A stretch of DNA of 64,000 nt. Origin: Octopus vulgaris (Eukaryota). How positions within the stretch are numbered: the first letter of the stretch is position 1; every line of letters begins with the position of its first letter. The notes beneath the pieces were generated by a model, which worked only from the letters and a program-made list of their open reading frames with translations, was not told where the DNA came from and ran no database searches. The position numbers and the translations under genes are program-made. The DNA lies in contig OX597824.1 of NCBI GenBank assembly GCA_951406725.2, positions 40,176,001-40,240,000 on the forward strand, in the 5' to 3' direction. Below, one piece after another: positions 29,071-42,516 of this stretch.

Positions 29071-29804
29071 TTATGTATACGTATATACGTATAGATATAT
29101 ATGCATAGTTTTATATATATAGAGAGAGAGATATACATACTTCCATACATACATACATATATATATACAAGTATGTACATAGATACATACATACATGTAT
29201 ATGTATATGTTAAATACATATATGTGCATCGATTGATGCAAACATATGTGTGTGTGTGTATACATATATATATACACATATATGTATGTATGCATGCATG
29301 TATGTATATATGTGTGTATGTGTGTATGTATGTACGTACGTATGTTGGTATGCATGTATGTATGTATGTATGTATACATGTACGTCTTTATGTAAATATG
29401 TATATGCATATATTATTGCTGGTAGGCTTTTCTACTACGTATCAGCTGCCGGGAATGTGTTTAATATGTAATGTGTTACATTACTAAACTTAATGACTAT
29501 TTAAGCAATGTATTTGTTCATAGTCAATGGGTTGGATGTGGCGCTAAAGAAGGAGCAAGAACTCCTCAATTGTGCATATACACCTATTACTTACTGTTCT
29601 TTCTTCCGCATTATTTACATAGACATATTCGTATACGAAACGTACTAGCTTTCAGCGTTGGCTCTAAATTCTATAGAAAATCTGTACATATAAACTTTAA
29701 AAAATGCATGTATTTGTATGTATATTGTCATAAATCTAAAAAAGTTGTTTATACATTTTCAAAAACAAAATTAATAATTATTTCAACTTTATTTAATGGG
29801 ATCA

Positions 29805-29858
29805 TATAAAGGCAGAAATTTATTGAAGTAAACCTCGTTCAACAGACGATTTGTGAGT
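29805..29858 (+). promoter_or_regulatory. Candidate TATA box and short non-coding first exon of the peptide gene
   Basis: TATAAA at 29805-29810 and a GTGAGT donor-like site at 29853; the coding exon opens with an acceptor (TTTTCAG, 30771), so an upstream exon is needed. Location is speculative. Confidence 0.3.
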
Positions 29859-30074
29859 CAGCATAGTTATTCTGATTCAGGGTATAGGCAAAGAGCAATT
29901 GCAAATGGTATTTCTATGTCTTCAAAATCACATCATGCTTTGTGTACATAATGATAGTAAATTGTTGGAAATGGTCAATCTCAATAAAGAGCCTGCTGCA
30001 ATGTGTAAATAATTTTCCTTATCTTTTTCTCTTCATAAACGGATTCTACCGTGTATAGAACTAAAGAATTTTAA

Positions 30075-30288
30075 CCATTTGCCTGTCCACAGCATTTTCA
30101 TAAGTTTGTCCTTTTAGTTAACCCATGTTTCACACGTTCTGGGTAATTATAAAGCTTTCTCTTCATAAGTCCTAAATTACTCTGGTGCTTGAAAAAATTG
30201 GCAATCTGTATCATATGCATATATGATGCATGGATATCAGGGAATTATCTCCTATGCATCACATGTGATATACAGAACAGGCAGAGGG
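30075..30288. mobile_element. Small piggyBac-like MITE
   Basis: TTAA|CCATTTGCCTGT ... ACAGGCAGAGGG|TTAA (imperfect TIRs, TTAA on both sides). Confidence 0.6.
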
Positions 30289-30797
30289 TTAATGTGGATC
30301 TCTGTCGTACGACGATGCAGAGTTAAATAGTCAATCAAAATATCAAAATATTCAATCGGCCAAACATTTTCATGAATTAACATTTAAGTGGCTGAACATG
30401 CCATGGATATCTGTGCCATTAACGTAAATCTCGAGTACGTGACAAGGCTGTACCATTAGAATTACTGGTACAATCCAACCGTCTACCCTATTTCCCTCAC
30501 AAGATATGGGTCGAAAAAAAATAAATGGCATTATGGTACGCAATGGGATCGATCCAGATATATCGTGGTTGGGAAAGGAACTTTATAACGACGCAGTGTA
30601 AACATAAAACGTGTTTTTACGGTTTCCTTGAACAGCAATCGCTTACCTGCAAAGGTCATGAACCCTTACTTGTCTCAAAAATTCCTGTATAAAAAATAAA
30701 AGTTTATCTGCAATTTTTGATGTTGTTATTGTTGTCGATGTTTCTGTAATTTTCTTATTTACTATTTTCAGACAGTGAATATATATCCAAATCCAGA

Positions 30798-30938
30798 ATG
30801 AGTCTAACAATTCTCACAGTACTGCTGGCATTAGAAGCTTGCATGATGTCGACGGCGGAAGCGATTAGACCAGCTTCCAGTGACATCAGCCCTGTAGATG
30901 CTTGTCTTTATTACTGCAGTGAATGTTACAAGGATGAT
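30798..30938 (+). CDS. Secreted six-cysteine peptide precursor (eclosion-hormone-like), coding exon 1
   Basis: Acceptor TTTTCAG at 30771, ATG at 30798; reads MSLTILTVLLALEACMMSTAEA|IRPASSDISPVDACLYYCSECYKDD (47 codons; hydrophobic signal peptide with AEA cleavage motif; CxxxCxxC); GTAAGA donor at 30939, phase 0. Confidence 0.85.
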
Positions 30939-31815
30939 GTAAGAAATTTCAACATCTATTAATATAATTGACAGTATGTTTCCATCTGTTTGTCCGTCCC
31001 CACAAAAAAATTTATCTTTTAAGTTTTAGGATTTATCTCCCTTGGTTATTATATGTAAACTGGAGAGTTAATTGTCAAAGTTAATGTTGGGTATATACTT
31101 TCGCTACTGTTAGTAATATCGAACAATGTTACATATGTAATTAACTGTTAAACAGTATCATTGTTATCAATAACCTATATTTGGAGCAAAAATACAAATC
31201 AAGAATTTGTTTAAATTTTATTTTAGTTTAATAGATAGGTTTAATTTGGAAATTAGTAGTCACCTCAGTATTTTGTGTAAAAACCATGAAATTTGAAAAA
31301 AGTAAAATTATAACTGTTACATTTATATCTAAAATTAACTGTGAGTTCAAATGTCATCGAAATTGCAAATACCAGTTGTTGTTATGTAGCGCAAGGTTGG
31401 TCCTAATCAAGCAATCCAATGATCAGAAGCGTTCCAACCATGACTATTCTATCTAATTTTTAGAATGTGTAGACAGTGTATTTAAGACTACATTATCTTA
31501 TGTACCCTTCCTTTTCTAAGAGGACTGATGGAGTCTGAGAGACATTCGGCTACAACTTCTAACAGGGATACCGATTGTAGGGAGACCCTGTCATTGAAGT
31601 AACAGCATCTGATATAAACCGATTATACCTCTCTCCTCTCTATCTCTCTTTCTCCCTTTCTCTCTCTCTCTCTCTCCCTCTCTCTCTCTCTCTGTATATA
31701 TATATATATATATATATATAATATGTAGGGAGAGTTTACGAAAAAAACAAAAGACGAAGACAAGTAGTGTACAAAACAAACAGATATATTAGTATAACGC
31801 TCAGGAATAGAAAAA

Positions 31816-31857
31816 GTCTTTTACGTTTCGAGCCTACGCTCTTCTACAGAAAGAGAC
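31816..31857 (-). ncRNA. Minimal type-I hammerhead-like motif within a short repeat (~31720-31916)
   Basis: GUCUCUUU-CUGUAGA-AGAGCGUAGGCUC-GAAA-CG-UA-AAAGAC; stem I UCUUU/AAAGA; core has U in place of A6. Confidence 0.55.
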
Positions 31858-31916
31858 ACAGAAAAAACAAAGAGAGAAAAAAATGTGTGTAGTGGCTAAC
31901 GATCTATCATGGCGAC

Positions 31917-32080
<164 letters not shown>

Positions 32081-32655
32081 TGTCTTTGTCTCTCTCCTCT
32101 AAAGATTTTAGGCTGTGTACTTGAGACAAAAATCAATATATTCCATACTGGACAATTAAACAAGTATCGAGATTAACATTAGGACGATTGAGAAAAAAAT
32201 AATTGCATAAGAAATTAATTAATATAGAATAGAGATATGGAAGCTGAATATAAAGAGAAAATATTACAGTGATTTTAAAACGAGTGTAATTTGGATATTA
32301 AGATGGAAATATATCATTAGATATTAGTCGCAGATATAGCTGTGTGGTTAAGAAGTTCGCATCGAAACCACGAAATTACGGATTCAGTTTCATTGCGTAG
32401 CACTTTGGGCCAGTGCCTTCTGATATAGCACCAACCGGACTAATTAATGCCTTCTAAGTGAATTTAGTGAGTGGAAAGTGTGTAGAATTCATTTGTGTGT
32501 GTGTGTGTGTGTGTGTGTGCGCGTGCGTGTGTGTGTGTGTGCGTGTGGATAGATAGATATACATTTAAATATACACATACTCACACACACACATACACAC
32601 ACATACACACATACATATATATATATGTATGTTTGAATATATATATTTGTATATA

Positions 32656-32731
<76 letters not shown>

Positions 32732-32760
32732 AGAGAGTTACCACTGTGTGGATAGCTCTA

Positions 32761-32791
<31 letters not shown>

Positions 32792-32796
32792 TCTAT

Positions 32797-32831
32797 ATTT
32801 CTGATGAAGAGCTCTGCTCGAAACGTGAAAT
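32797..32831 (+). ncRNA. Minimal type-I hammerhead-like motif (canonical core, GUG at cleavage site)
   Basis: AUUU-CUGAUGA-AGAGCUCUGCUC-GAAA-CG-UG-AAAU; followed by the same ...CTGAGCG...TAAT/TAAC tail as the related motifs at 17733 (+) and 31816 (-). Confidence 0.55.
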
Positions 32832-33049
32832 CCTCTTTCTTTTCTTTCCTGAGCGTCCAATAACACTGTACTTATTCCACGTCCTCGTGTTGTGGTTTTT
32901 CTTGCTTGTTCATGTTTGGACTGTCTATATGTGTGTGTGTGTGTGTGTGAGTATGCATACATATTTTTACGTATGTTGGATTCTATCAGTATAAGAGGTA
33001 TCGCGGAGCTTATTCATTCCTGGAGTATTCAAAATGTGGGACAATAATA

Positions 33050-33513
33050 ACCAATAATAATTGTAGCATTGGGCATGATAAAAAAATCATATGAACGAAA
33101 ATGTAGAATTTATACCTAGACCCTGAACACTATACACTGTCCAAAAAATAGCCCTGCTCGGAACGGCCCACATCCTACGCAAGACACTATCAATCCAATA
33201 ATACAACCTAAACAAATAGCCTACAACTACAAGACACACTCTATGCAGCATCTATCCAGTGAAATAAACTCCCACCAGCAAGCTAGAAAACCAAAGCATT
33301 ACACACTCAACACACAATACAAACAGTAACACAACAAAAGACAGCACCACATCTCAAGGAAAAAATGCTTATGCAATACAGTACCGGGAAGAGTTTGCAC
33401 ACTCCCAACAGCAGAGAAAGAACACACAATGCTGCATACACCCCAACACAGAGGCGTAGCAGGTCATGTAGTAGAAATTTGCCTCAATCTACCAAATATT
33501 GAACAATTATAGA

Positions 33514-33565
<52 letters not shown>
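33050..33565 (+). mobile_element. 3' end of an R4/Dong-type LINE ending in (TAA)n
   Basis: Reads PIIIVALGMIKK...VQKIALLGTAHILRKTLSIQ*, the typical RLE C-terminus, then a 3' UTR and (TAA)n at 33515-33565. Confidence 0.8.
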
Positions 33566-33566
<1 letters not shown>

Positions 33567-33569
33567 CTC

Positions 33570-33963
33570 GCTTTTACTCTTTTACCTGTTTCACTCATTT
33601 GACTGCGGCCATGCTGGAGCACCGCCTTTAGTCGTGCAAATCGACCCCAGGACTTATTCTTTGGAAGCCTAGTACTTATTCTATCGGTCCTTTTGCCGAA
33701 CCGCTAAGTTACGGGGACGTAAACACACCACTATCGGTTGTTAAGCGATGTGGGGGGACAAATATAGACACACAAACATATACACACACATACATATATA
33801 TACATATATATACGACAGGCTTCTTTCAGTTTCCGTCTACCAAATCCACTTTCGACCCGAGGCTATAGTAGAAGACACATGCCCAAGGTGCCACGCAGTG
33901 GAAATGAACCTAGAACCATGTGGTTGGTAAGAAAGCTACTTACCACGCAGCCACTCCTGCGCC
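33570..33963 (-). mobile_element. CORE-like tRNA SINE family C
   Basis: Minus-strand head TGGCTGCGTGGTAAGTAGC...GGTTCATTTCCAC, then GCACCTTGGGCA (CORE-like); internal TA/CA tract; matches 53793-54190. Confidence 0.85.
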
Positions 33964-34533
33964 TAATAATAATAATAATTATTATTATTATTATTATTAT
34001 TATAACAACAACAACAACAACAGCAACAACGACAACAACAACAACAACAAAAGGCTTAGTGAAACACAGTTACCCAGGCTTTCTGAGCGAAAATATATAA
34101 TTTATTTTGCCATTTATGAAGCTGGTAAAAACATCATGTAGCAGAAAATATTGCGGGACCTGTTCTTACGTCTAGATGTGAAGGAAGTTGAGAGTGGCTG
34201 TTTCACAAAGTAAAACACTGCTCTCCTAAGGGAGAGCACAGTCACCTTCCACCTCCTTCTGTGATTTTTATTATATCTTTACTTTGATCTAGTTAAACTT
34301 CAAACCACCTACATTCATGCATAAACATGTAACCTTGATGGGAGTGACAACTTGTATTATGTTCTAGTTATGTGAAGAATCCTAAGTGTTAAATTTCACT
34401 TTTAATTCGCCTGAAGAAAGCGTTATATTTATTTATTTAATTTTGCATGATGTAACATTTTTTTCCTCAATAAAGAACACGTTTGAAACAGCTGTAGTAA
34501 ACCTCAACCCATCTGTATTACTGTATGTGCATA

Positions 34534-34598
<65 letters not shown>

Positions 34599-35423
34599 GT
34601 ACGTGTGTTGATTGTCCACTCGTAACAGAGGAAGACCATCACTGACTATTGCCCATGTAAAATGTCAGCAATGCCTATGCATGAGTTTATTGCAACCACG
34701 ACATGTGTGTGTGTATGAGAGAGATAGAGATTACGATGAACACACGTTTATATTATTAGTTCCTACGTACCTTTCACCATTATGATTGCTTGGAACTCTG
34801 CATTAGATGCGCCAAGTGCATTTGAGTTATTAACCAGAACGGATCATCAGGAAACTATTTTTTTGCGTTAAGTTACAGAGATCACGTTGTTACATATTTT
34901 TATAACTTTATATTTTTGTCCATCCGTTATGGTTGTCCAACTTACTTTTTCTTTCCTTTTTATTTCTTTTTCCCTCTTTCTGCTGTTTTCCCCTATTTCT
35001 ATCTCTCTTCATTTTTCGCTCTTTTAAATCTCTCTTCGTTCTCTATTTGTCTTCTTTGTCTCTCTTTTACTCTTCCCATATCGTCTTCCTAAAACCCTCT
35101 TTTCTTATTAGTTTTCTGTAACTTAATGCAATAAAGTGTTCTCTGGTGATCTCTTTGGGTTAAGCATCCAAATTTCTCTTGGAACATCCAACACTGAATT
35201 CCAAGCTGTCATAATGGGGAAATGTACGTAAGAACTAATAACATAAACTTGTGCTTAACGTAATTTCTCCAACATTAACTCTGAATTTTATGATACTGTT
35301 GAATATAGTACTTACCCAACCGCTTTACTGGATGCAATGGTTATCTACGTAGTACTTCAAACTTAACTGTGGCAGATGTACATCGATCTGTACATACAAA
35401 ATACACAGTCACTCTATCATTCG

Positions 35424-35490
<67 letters not shown>

Positions 35491-35497
<7 letters not shown>

Positions 35498-36029
35498 GTT
35501 GTATACTGTCAATCTAACGTGAACGTGACAGTAGGGGGTTACACCACCGCTGTTTAGACCTAGGAAGCATCGACGCCTCCTGATGGCTTTGACACATTTC
35601 CTGTGTCCTTATATACATTTACGAAGGGGAGACAAACACCCCCAGCAGCCAGGCCTGCATCTAGAGACACGCATGTTTCAGGCTCATTGTCCTTCATCGG
35701 TCTAGAGTAGCAGACGCCCGTCAGCTGTTGATATCTGCCTCGACTCGCAAATGTATATATCTAATTTCAGTGAAGTTTATTCACTGATTACCAAAATCAG
35801 AAATATTAAATTTCTACCGATGAAGGACAATGATCCTGAAACATGCGTGTCTCTAGATGCAGGCCTGGCTGCTGGGGGTATTTGTCTCCTCTTCGTAAAT
35901 GTATATAAGGACACAGGAAAAATGTGTCAAAGCCATCAGGAGGCGTCGATGCTTCCTAGGGCTAAACAGCGGTGGTGTAACCCCCTACTGTCACGTTCAT
36001 GTTAGATTGACAGTATACAACCATTCTAT
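35491..36029. mobile_element. ~210-bp inverted repeat carrying hammerhead motifs (Penelope-like pseudo-LTR pair)
   Basis: 35491-35701 is the near-exact reverse complement of 35816-36029; a further 21-bp inversion links 35798-35816 and 36064-36084. Confidence 0.8.
35660..35706 (-). ncRNA. Type-I hammerhead-ribozyme-like motif with GUC site
   Basis: UCUAGA-CCGAUGA-AGG(ACAAUGAG)CCU-GAAA-CAUGCGUG-UC-UCUAGA: 6-bp stem I, stem II, near-palindromic stem III, GUC triplet. The mirror copy at 35817-35857 (+) has lost its 5' stem I arm. Confidence 0.7.
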
Positions 36030-36090
36030 CGCCCCACCACCGTACATATCTCTATGAGAGATTTAGAAATTTAATATTTCTGATATATAT

Positions 36091-36250
36091 ATGGCCCAGT
36101 GGTTAGGGCAGCGGACTTGCGGTCGGAGGATCGCGGTTTTGATTCCCAGACCGGGCGTTGTGTGTGTTTATTGAGCGAAAACACCTAAAAGCTCCACGAG
36201 GCTCCGGCAGGGGATGGTGGTGTTCCCTGCTGTACTCTTTCACCACTCTA
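36091..36250 (+). mobile_element. SINE family B (truncated)
   Basis: ATGGCCCAGTGGTTAGGGCAGCGGAC head. Confidence 0.85.
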
Positions 36251-36649
36251 AAGGCGGTGCTCCAGCATGGCCGCAGTCAAAATGACTGAAACAAGTACAA
36301 AAAAAAGAAAAAAAAAAAAAATACATAGATACATACATACGTAGAAGAGAGAGAGAGAGGAAATCTGTTCCGCTTTGATACTCAGACATTTTAATTAGAC
36401 AGTCATCAACGAACTTCCGATGGTATCTTTGTGTATGTATGTATGTATGTATGTATGTATGTATGTATGTATGTATGTATGTATGTATGTATGTATATAT
36501 GCATGTATGTATGTATGTATGTATGCATGTATGTATGCATGTATGTATGTATTAACATGAAGGGATATAAACGCACGTGCTACGCATAACACGCCTTATT
36601 ACACCAAAAACGGGGCAATTCCTTCTCAAAGGATCCTTATAAGAATATG

Positions 36650-36703
<54 letters not shown>

Positions 36704-36773
36704 CGACATAATGCTAAACCCTTTATGGACGGGAAACGTAAGGTAATCCCATAAGCCGGCCTTCTCTCCATTT

Positions 36774-36829
<56 letters not shown>

Positions 36830-37320
36830 TGAATATATATTATGTGACAAACGGTGTTGCTATGTTTACGTCCTGTAACTTAGTTTTGGCAAAAGTGACC
36901 GATATAAATAGTACCAGGCTTTAAAAAGAATAAGTCCTGTAGTCAGCTCGCTGGATTAAAATTCTCCTAGCCTGACCGGGATCTAATAACTGAAACAAGT
37001 AAATATATGAAAACATAAAAGATATATACGTACATATATATTACACACGCGCGCCTGTGTGTGAGTGTATGAAATTATTATTGTTGTTGCTTTTATCACA
37101 CAAGCTTGGAGACTCGTTAACACGTCGGAAAAAATGTTTTGCCTAATTTGCTCCGGCACTTTATGCTTTGAGCTCGAATCCCATCGAAGTCACTTTACCT
37201 TTGCCTTTCATCCTTTGGAATCGATAAAATGTGCCAGTTAAGTATTGGTTCAATGCATTCCCTAAATACACTTCCCGTCAAAATTGCAGGTCTTTTAGCA
37301 AAATCAGAAATCACTACAGT

Positions 37321-37880
37321 TATTGGGTTGTCCGGAAAGTTCTTGCCGATTATTACAGGAAAGAAAAAGGTCAATAAATACATTTTTAGTCAACCAAATA
37401 CGAACCAGTTTCTTGCACAATGCGTCTCCATCTTTCCTTTAACTTGAAAATACCCTCTTTTCAGAATTGAGGTGGTTTCATGACAAAGAATTCATCAATG
37501 TATCGTTTTACGTCAACCAAGGAATTGAAATTTTTACCATTAAGACTATTCTGCAGAGACCTGAATAAGTGGAAATCTGAAGGAGCAATATCTGGAGAAA
37601 ATGGAGGGTGGGGTAACACATCCCAGCCGAGCTGCAGCAATTTTTGTCTAGTTCCCAATGCACCAAGTGCTGAAAATGAACTTTCTTATTTTCCATTTTA
37701 AAGGGTTACAGAATTAACACAGGTTATAGGAACATAAACCTTCTTCCACGAAATGATAGCTTAAACTGTGCTCTAAATGGAGGTGTAGTCAAATCCTATT
37801 TTATGGACTCAACCATGTTCTAAAATAAGTCGAAAGGTAAGCTACTATAAATCGACACGTACTTTCCGGACAACCCAATA
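37321..37880 (-). mobile_element. Non-autonomous mariner deletion derivative (~560 bp)
   Basis: TA-flanked TIRs TTGGGTTGTCCGGAAAGT / ACTTTCCGGACAACCCAA; internal remnant WDVLPHPPFSPDIAPSDFHLFRSLQNSL (mariner YSPDLAPSD motif). Confidence 0.92.
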
Positions 37881-37888
37881 CATATTTA

Positions 37889-38305
37889 AAGCAGCGAATT
37901 GGCAAAATCGTTAGCACGCTGGACAAAATGCTTACTGGAATTTCGTTTGTCTTTACGTTCTGTGTTCAAATTCCGCTAAAGTGACATAGTCTTTCATTCT
38001 TTCGGGATCCATAAAATAAAGTACGAGTTATGTACCGGGGCCGGTGTAATCAACTAGCCCCCTCCCATAAAGTTTCAGGCCGTGTACCTATAGTAGAAAT
38101 AATTTAGTTAGCTGTGTAACGGCGATGAGGTGGCAGATTCTGTAGCACGCCGGGCAAAATGCTTCGCGGGATTTCATTTTGCTTTACGTTATGAGTTCAA
38201 ATTCCGCCGAGGTTGACTTTGCCTTTCATACTTTCGGAGTTGATAAAATAAGTACCAGTTTGAGTTTTGAGGTCGATGTAATCGATTAGCTCCCTCTTCC
38301 GAAAT
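37889..38305 (+). mobile_element. Two degenerate SINE family A copies
   Basis: Heads at ~37889 and ~38120 with GTTCAAATTCCGC B-box-like motifs. Confidence 0.8.
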
Positions 38306-38315
38306 TTATTCCTAT

Positions 38316-38536
38316 TACGAGGGAATGGTGAAAAGGTCCCCGCTTTAATGGAGCCGCAAAAGGCCTGGCTGAAAGCCCAACCTTCCGAGTTCTTTTACAG
38401 GACTTAGAAAAACTGAAGAACCGCTGCAATAAGTACGTGGATCCAAGAGGGGAATAGGTGCAATAAAATCATAATTAACTGATCCTACTGTATTTTCTTT
38501 TACCCAAAGCCAGGAATTTTTCAGCATCCCTTCGTA
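38316..38536. mobile_element. Mariner-derived MITE
   Basis: TA|CGAGGGAATGGTGAAAA ... TTTTTCAGCATCCCTTCG|TA imperfect TIRs. Confidence 0.7.
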
Positions 38537-38588
38537 CAGAAGGATTATTATGTTTTAAATATTCTTATGTATACTATTCTACTTTCAG

Positions 38589-38732
38589 GGTAAGAAAATG
38601 ATGCAATGCGCCAACGGTGTTTGTCCACATGCATCCACATCCTCACATGATTTCCTGCTACTCCTCCACAACAATGATTGCAGTGTTGATGTCGTGTCTA
38701 ACCGTCTCTACCGTCGAAACTACTTTCAATAA
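38589..38732 (+). CDS. Secreted six-cysteine peptide precursor (eclosion-hormone-like), coding exon 2
   Basis: Pyrimidine-rich acceptor TTCTACTTTCAG (38588), phase 0; reads GKKMMQCANGVCPHASTSSHDFLLLLHNNDCSVDVVSNRLYRRNYFQ* with TAA at 38730-38732; supplies Cys 4-6. Confidence 0.8.
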   Translation, partial: GKKMMQCANGVCPHASTSSHDFLLLLHNNDCSVDVVSNRLYRRNYFQ

Positions 38733-39289
38733 GATGAAGTAATAGCACCCTCTAAGTTTCAATTTTAATATTGCTTCGGTTACTGCTTTATGTATATGTA
38801 AGTGTGTGAAGTGTGTGTGCGTATCAGTAAGTACGTACGTGTGTGTGTGTCTGCTCGTGCGTGAACCAATATATATATATAAGCCGGACGAGTTATTAAA
38901 TTATACCGAAAGTCAGTGTGTTCACTATGTGTGAAGAGGTATTTGCACTTGTTTGAAGGTGTATATATAAGGTATATACATATATGTACGTATATATGCA
39001 TATATTTATATATTATTTATATTATATATATATATACATATTACATTATATATATCCATATATATGTATACATATATATATCCATATATATACCTATATA
39101 TGCTATATGCATATACATAAATATGTATACATGCATATATGGCCAGATTGGAGCAATCTCAAGATTAATCAGCCGAAATTGCGAGGATGATCCGGTTCTT
39201 GACTGAAGATTGAAGGCTTCGAATGTCCCGTCCGTGTATTTTGTATCGTCTCCTAAATGTTTTGCGTTATTGTCCCAGTTTGTATTTTT

Positions 39290-39343
<54 letters not shown>

Positions 39344-39421
39344 GCAGACACACATACGTCTTCAGATGGATGGGCATGTGGAGGGAAGAATAGATGGATG
39401 CATGTTTATTTGTGTATGGAT

Positions 39422-39469
<48 letters not shown>

Positions 39470-39794
39470 CTTTTACAGAATCATTCAAATTCTTCTGTCT
39501 TCAAGCCTACCACTAATAAAATAACAACGCTTTTGTGAAAATGCAAATGTGTTAATGAGTAACTACATGTGTATGTGTATGAATAGATATATTTTGCTGT
39601 TATTGTGTGTACATGTCTCATAACCACTGAAATAAGTGTGATTATTCCTTATAAGTATATATATATATATATATATATATGCATATATATGGCAATGTTC
39701 ACACAAAGGAACCTCAAACAGAATAAAACATAAAATGTTTTAGAGTTTCACTGTATCCCTATTTCACTGGGTTTAATGAATGTGATTTGCCTTC

Positions 39795-40232
39795 GGATCT
39801 TTTCGGTTTGAACGGCAGTTTTTAACATAATTTCTAGGTAACTAAAAAATTTTAAACTTCGTATACTGGCAGAATGTGTTTATAAAACATCTTTTTCTCT
39901 TGGCTTTATTGAGGAAATTCTATAATATGTAAGATATTTGTTGTTGTTTTTTCTTCAATTTCTGCAATTTCAACCAATCAGTGACGTCCGTTGAGGTTAA
40001 AAAAAACATTCTGTGCCGTATGAATATGTCCCTCGTTTAAGAAACAGATTGGGTTTATTTACATTTCTGAAGAAAAAAAGATTCCCTTCCCCCCACCCCT
40101 AACCCTAACCCTAACTAACCCTAACCATAAAACAGATACAAATGCAATAGATCGATACTAGGGTCATAATTATGGGTGACAATTTCATATGACACCGCTA
40201 GGAAAAAACTGCCGTTCAAACCGAAAAGATCC
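39795..40232. mobile_element. Second copy of the telomere-repeat-bearing MITE
   Basis: Same TIRs and body as 24794-25220; flanks TTGCCTTC / TCGCGTTC (6/8 match, decayed TSD). Confidence 0.9.
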
Positions 40233-40886
40233 TCGCGTTCTTTTGTAGTCTAACAAATGAAAATCTTTAGTTGAAATATAAAAATTTGTAAGCTCCCCAT
40301 ATGTTTATCATTTATATACTCTTTTTCCACAACTTAACTCTCTCAGACCTGGGACCCTATGTCAAACTTTACCTTCCACCTAGGATCCTGAGAAAAACGA
40401 TAAATAGTTACACATACAGCTCAAGAGTATCAAAAATTGCAGGCAAGGTAATGGACAGAATCGGCTGCATATTCTTTCTCTGCTTGCGTTATACGTTACT
40501 ACTTTACTGCGAATCCGGCAGCGATGACGTAACATATTCCCACTATAGCAGGGCACGGTGTGACAGGGTTAGGGTGAAATGTTCACCTTTATTTTTAACG
40601 GGAGCTTTACTTCTGCAACAGTACTTAACAACGTCCCGCCATAATACAATACCAGACGTGTTCTGTTTGCACCCGATTGTTTTGTTTTTGTTTTTGTTTT
40701 TTTCTATTGGAATGTTTCAATAACATTCCTCACTTTTAAAGAGGAGAATACATTCTGGTTCTAGCGTGCCTTTTTGTATGATGTATGACTGTCAGGACAA
40801 TCCTCTCTCTACAGAGAGCATTTTAAATAGATTTGATAGCAATGTTATGCCTCATGCTTATGACGTTGGTAATATTAATCACACTG

Positions 40887-41515
40887 AGGGCGGCGAGTTG
40901 GCAGAATCGTTAGCACGCCAGGCGAAGTGCTTAGCGGTATTTCGTCTGTCTTTACGTTCTGAGTTCAAATTCCACCGAGGTCAACTTAGCCTTTCATCCT
41001 TTTAGGGTCGATAAATTAAGTACCAGTTACGCACTGGGGTCGATGTAATCGACTTAATCCCTATATCTGTCTTTGTTTGTCCCCTCTATGTTTAGCCCCT
41101 TGTGAGTAGTAAAGAAATAGGTATTTCGTCTGTCTTTACGCTCTGAGTTCAAATTCCGCCGAGGTCAACCTAGCCTTTCATCATTTAGGAGTCAATAAAT
41201 TAAGTACCAGTTGCGTACTGGGGTTGATCTAATCGACTGGCCCTCTTCCCCAAAATTTCGGGCCTTGTGCCTAGAATACAAAAGAATATTAATCACATTG
41301 AATGAGGCGAGGAGACATAATCGTTTGCACTCGGGACGAAATGCTTAGTGACATTTCGTCTGACTTTACGTTCTGAGTTCAAGTTCCGCCGAAGTCGACC
41401 TTGCCTTTCATCCTTTCGAGGTCGATAAAATAAGTACCAGTTAAGTACTGGGGTTGATGTAATCGACTTATCCCCTCTCCCAAAATTGCTGGCCTTGTGC
41501 CAGAATTTGAAATCA
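40887..41515 (+). mobile_element. SINE family A dimer-type copy plus an adjacent older copy
   Basis: TSD AATATTAATCACA at 40871-40883 and 41285-41297; second head at ~41303. Confidence 0.88.
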
Positions 41516-41673
41516 CTATTCATCACACTAGTGTGACACAATGCACTTTTTTCAACCACAAAGTCCCTCTTATTGATCAGGTATTTAATAGTTATCTCCT
41601 CTTTTTGAATAGCGAGTGCGTACCTCTGATTCGTCGTGCATTTAGGTATGTATATTCGTATGGTATGCATATA

Positions 41674-41763
<90 letters not shown>

Positions 41764-41932
41764 TTGTGTGTGTATGTGTGTCTGTGTGTCTGTGTGTGGA
41801 GTCGTTTAAGAATCCAAAGCGATGAAAAATAGACACTCGTATATTTGCCAGTAGAGTGGTACATGAATCAACGTACACAGTATTATGAATCAATTACAGT
41901 CGGTATTCGTCGTCATATTTCCAATCTTGGCA

Positions 41933-41998
41933 CTTCTGATGAGCGTGATTCTTAGATAATCATCTAATTATCTAATATCCGGCGCGAAACAGATTAAG
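41933..41998 (+). ncRNA. Hammerhead-like motif with extended stem II
   Basis: CUU-CUGAUGA-GCGU..UUAGAUAAU(CAUCUA)AUUAUCUAA..GCGC-GAAA-CAGA-UU-AAG; stem III decayed. Confidence 0.5.
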
Positions 41999-42470
41999 AT
42001 TCTCTCCAATGGACTTATAACAGTGTATACTTCGATTTACATATATACAGGATTGGTCAAAAATTACCTGACAGTAAATCAAAATCATTTAATTCCAAAT
42101 ATTTATTTATCTTTAACAACTGCATGAATTTAATAAAAAAAAATCTGAATTTAAAACATCATGAAACTGGTTCAAACTGAAGTCCTTCTTGAGCGACACC
42201 ATTTTTCCAAATGAATAAATAAGATTGAATATTAAGTATTTATTGAATTTTTATTTACTGTCGGTGGTGCCCCAGCATGGCCGCGGCCTTCGGGCTAAAA
42301 CATTTTTAAGGATTTATGGATTTTGTCGGTTGACTTCTGGCCAACCTTATATATATATATTGTTCCACCTCCTTGTGTTGTTGTTGTTTTTTCTGTTTTC
42401 TCGTTTGGATTAACCTTATATATATATATATATATACATATACATACATATACATGCCTATATATTTTAT

Positions 42471-42516
<46 letters not shown>

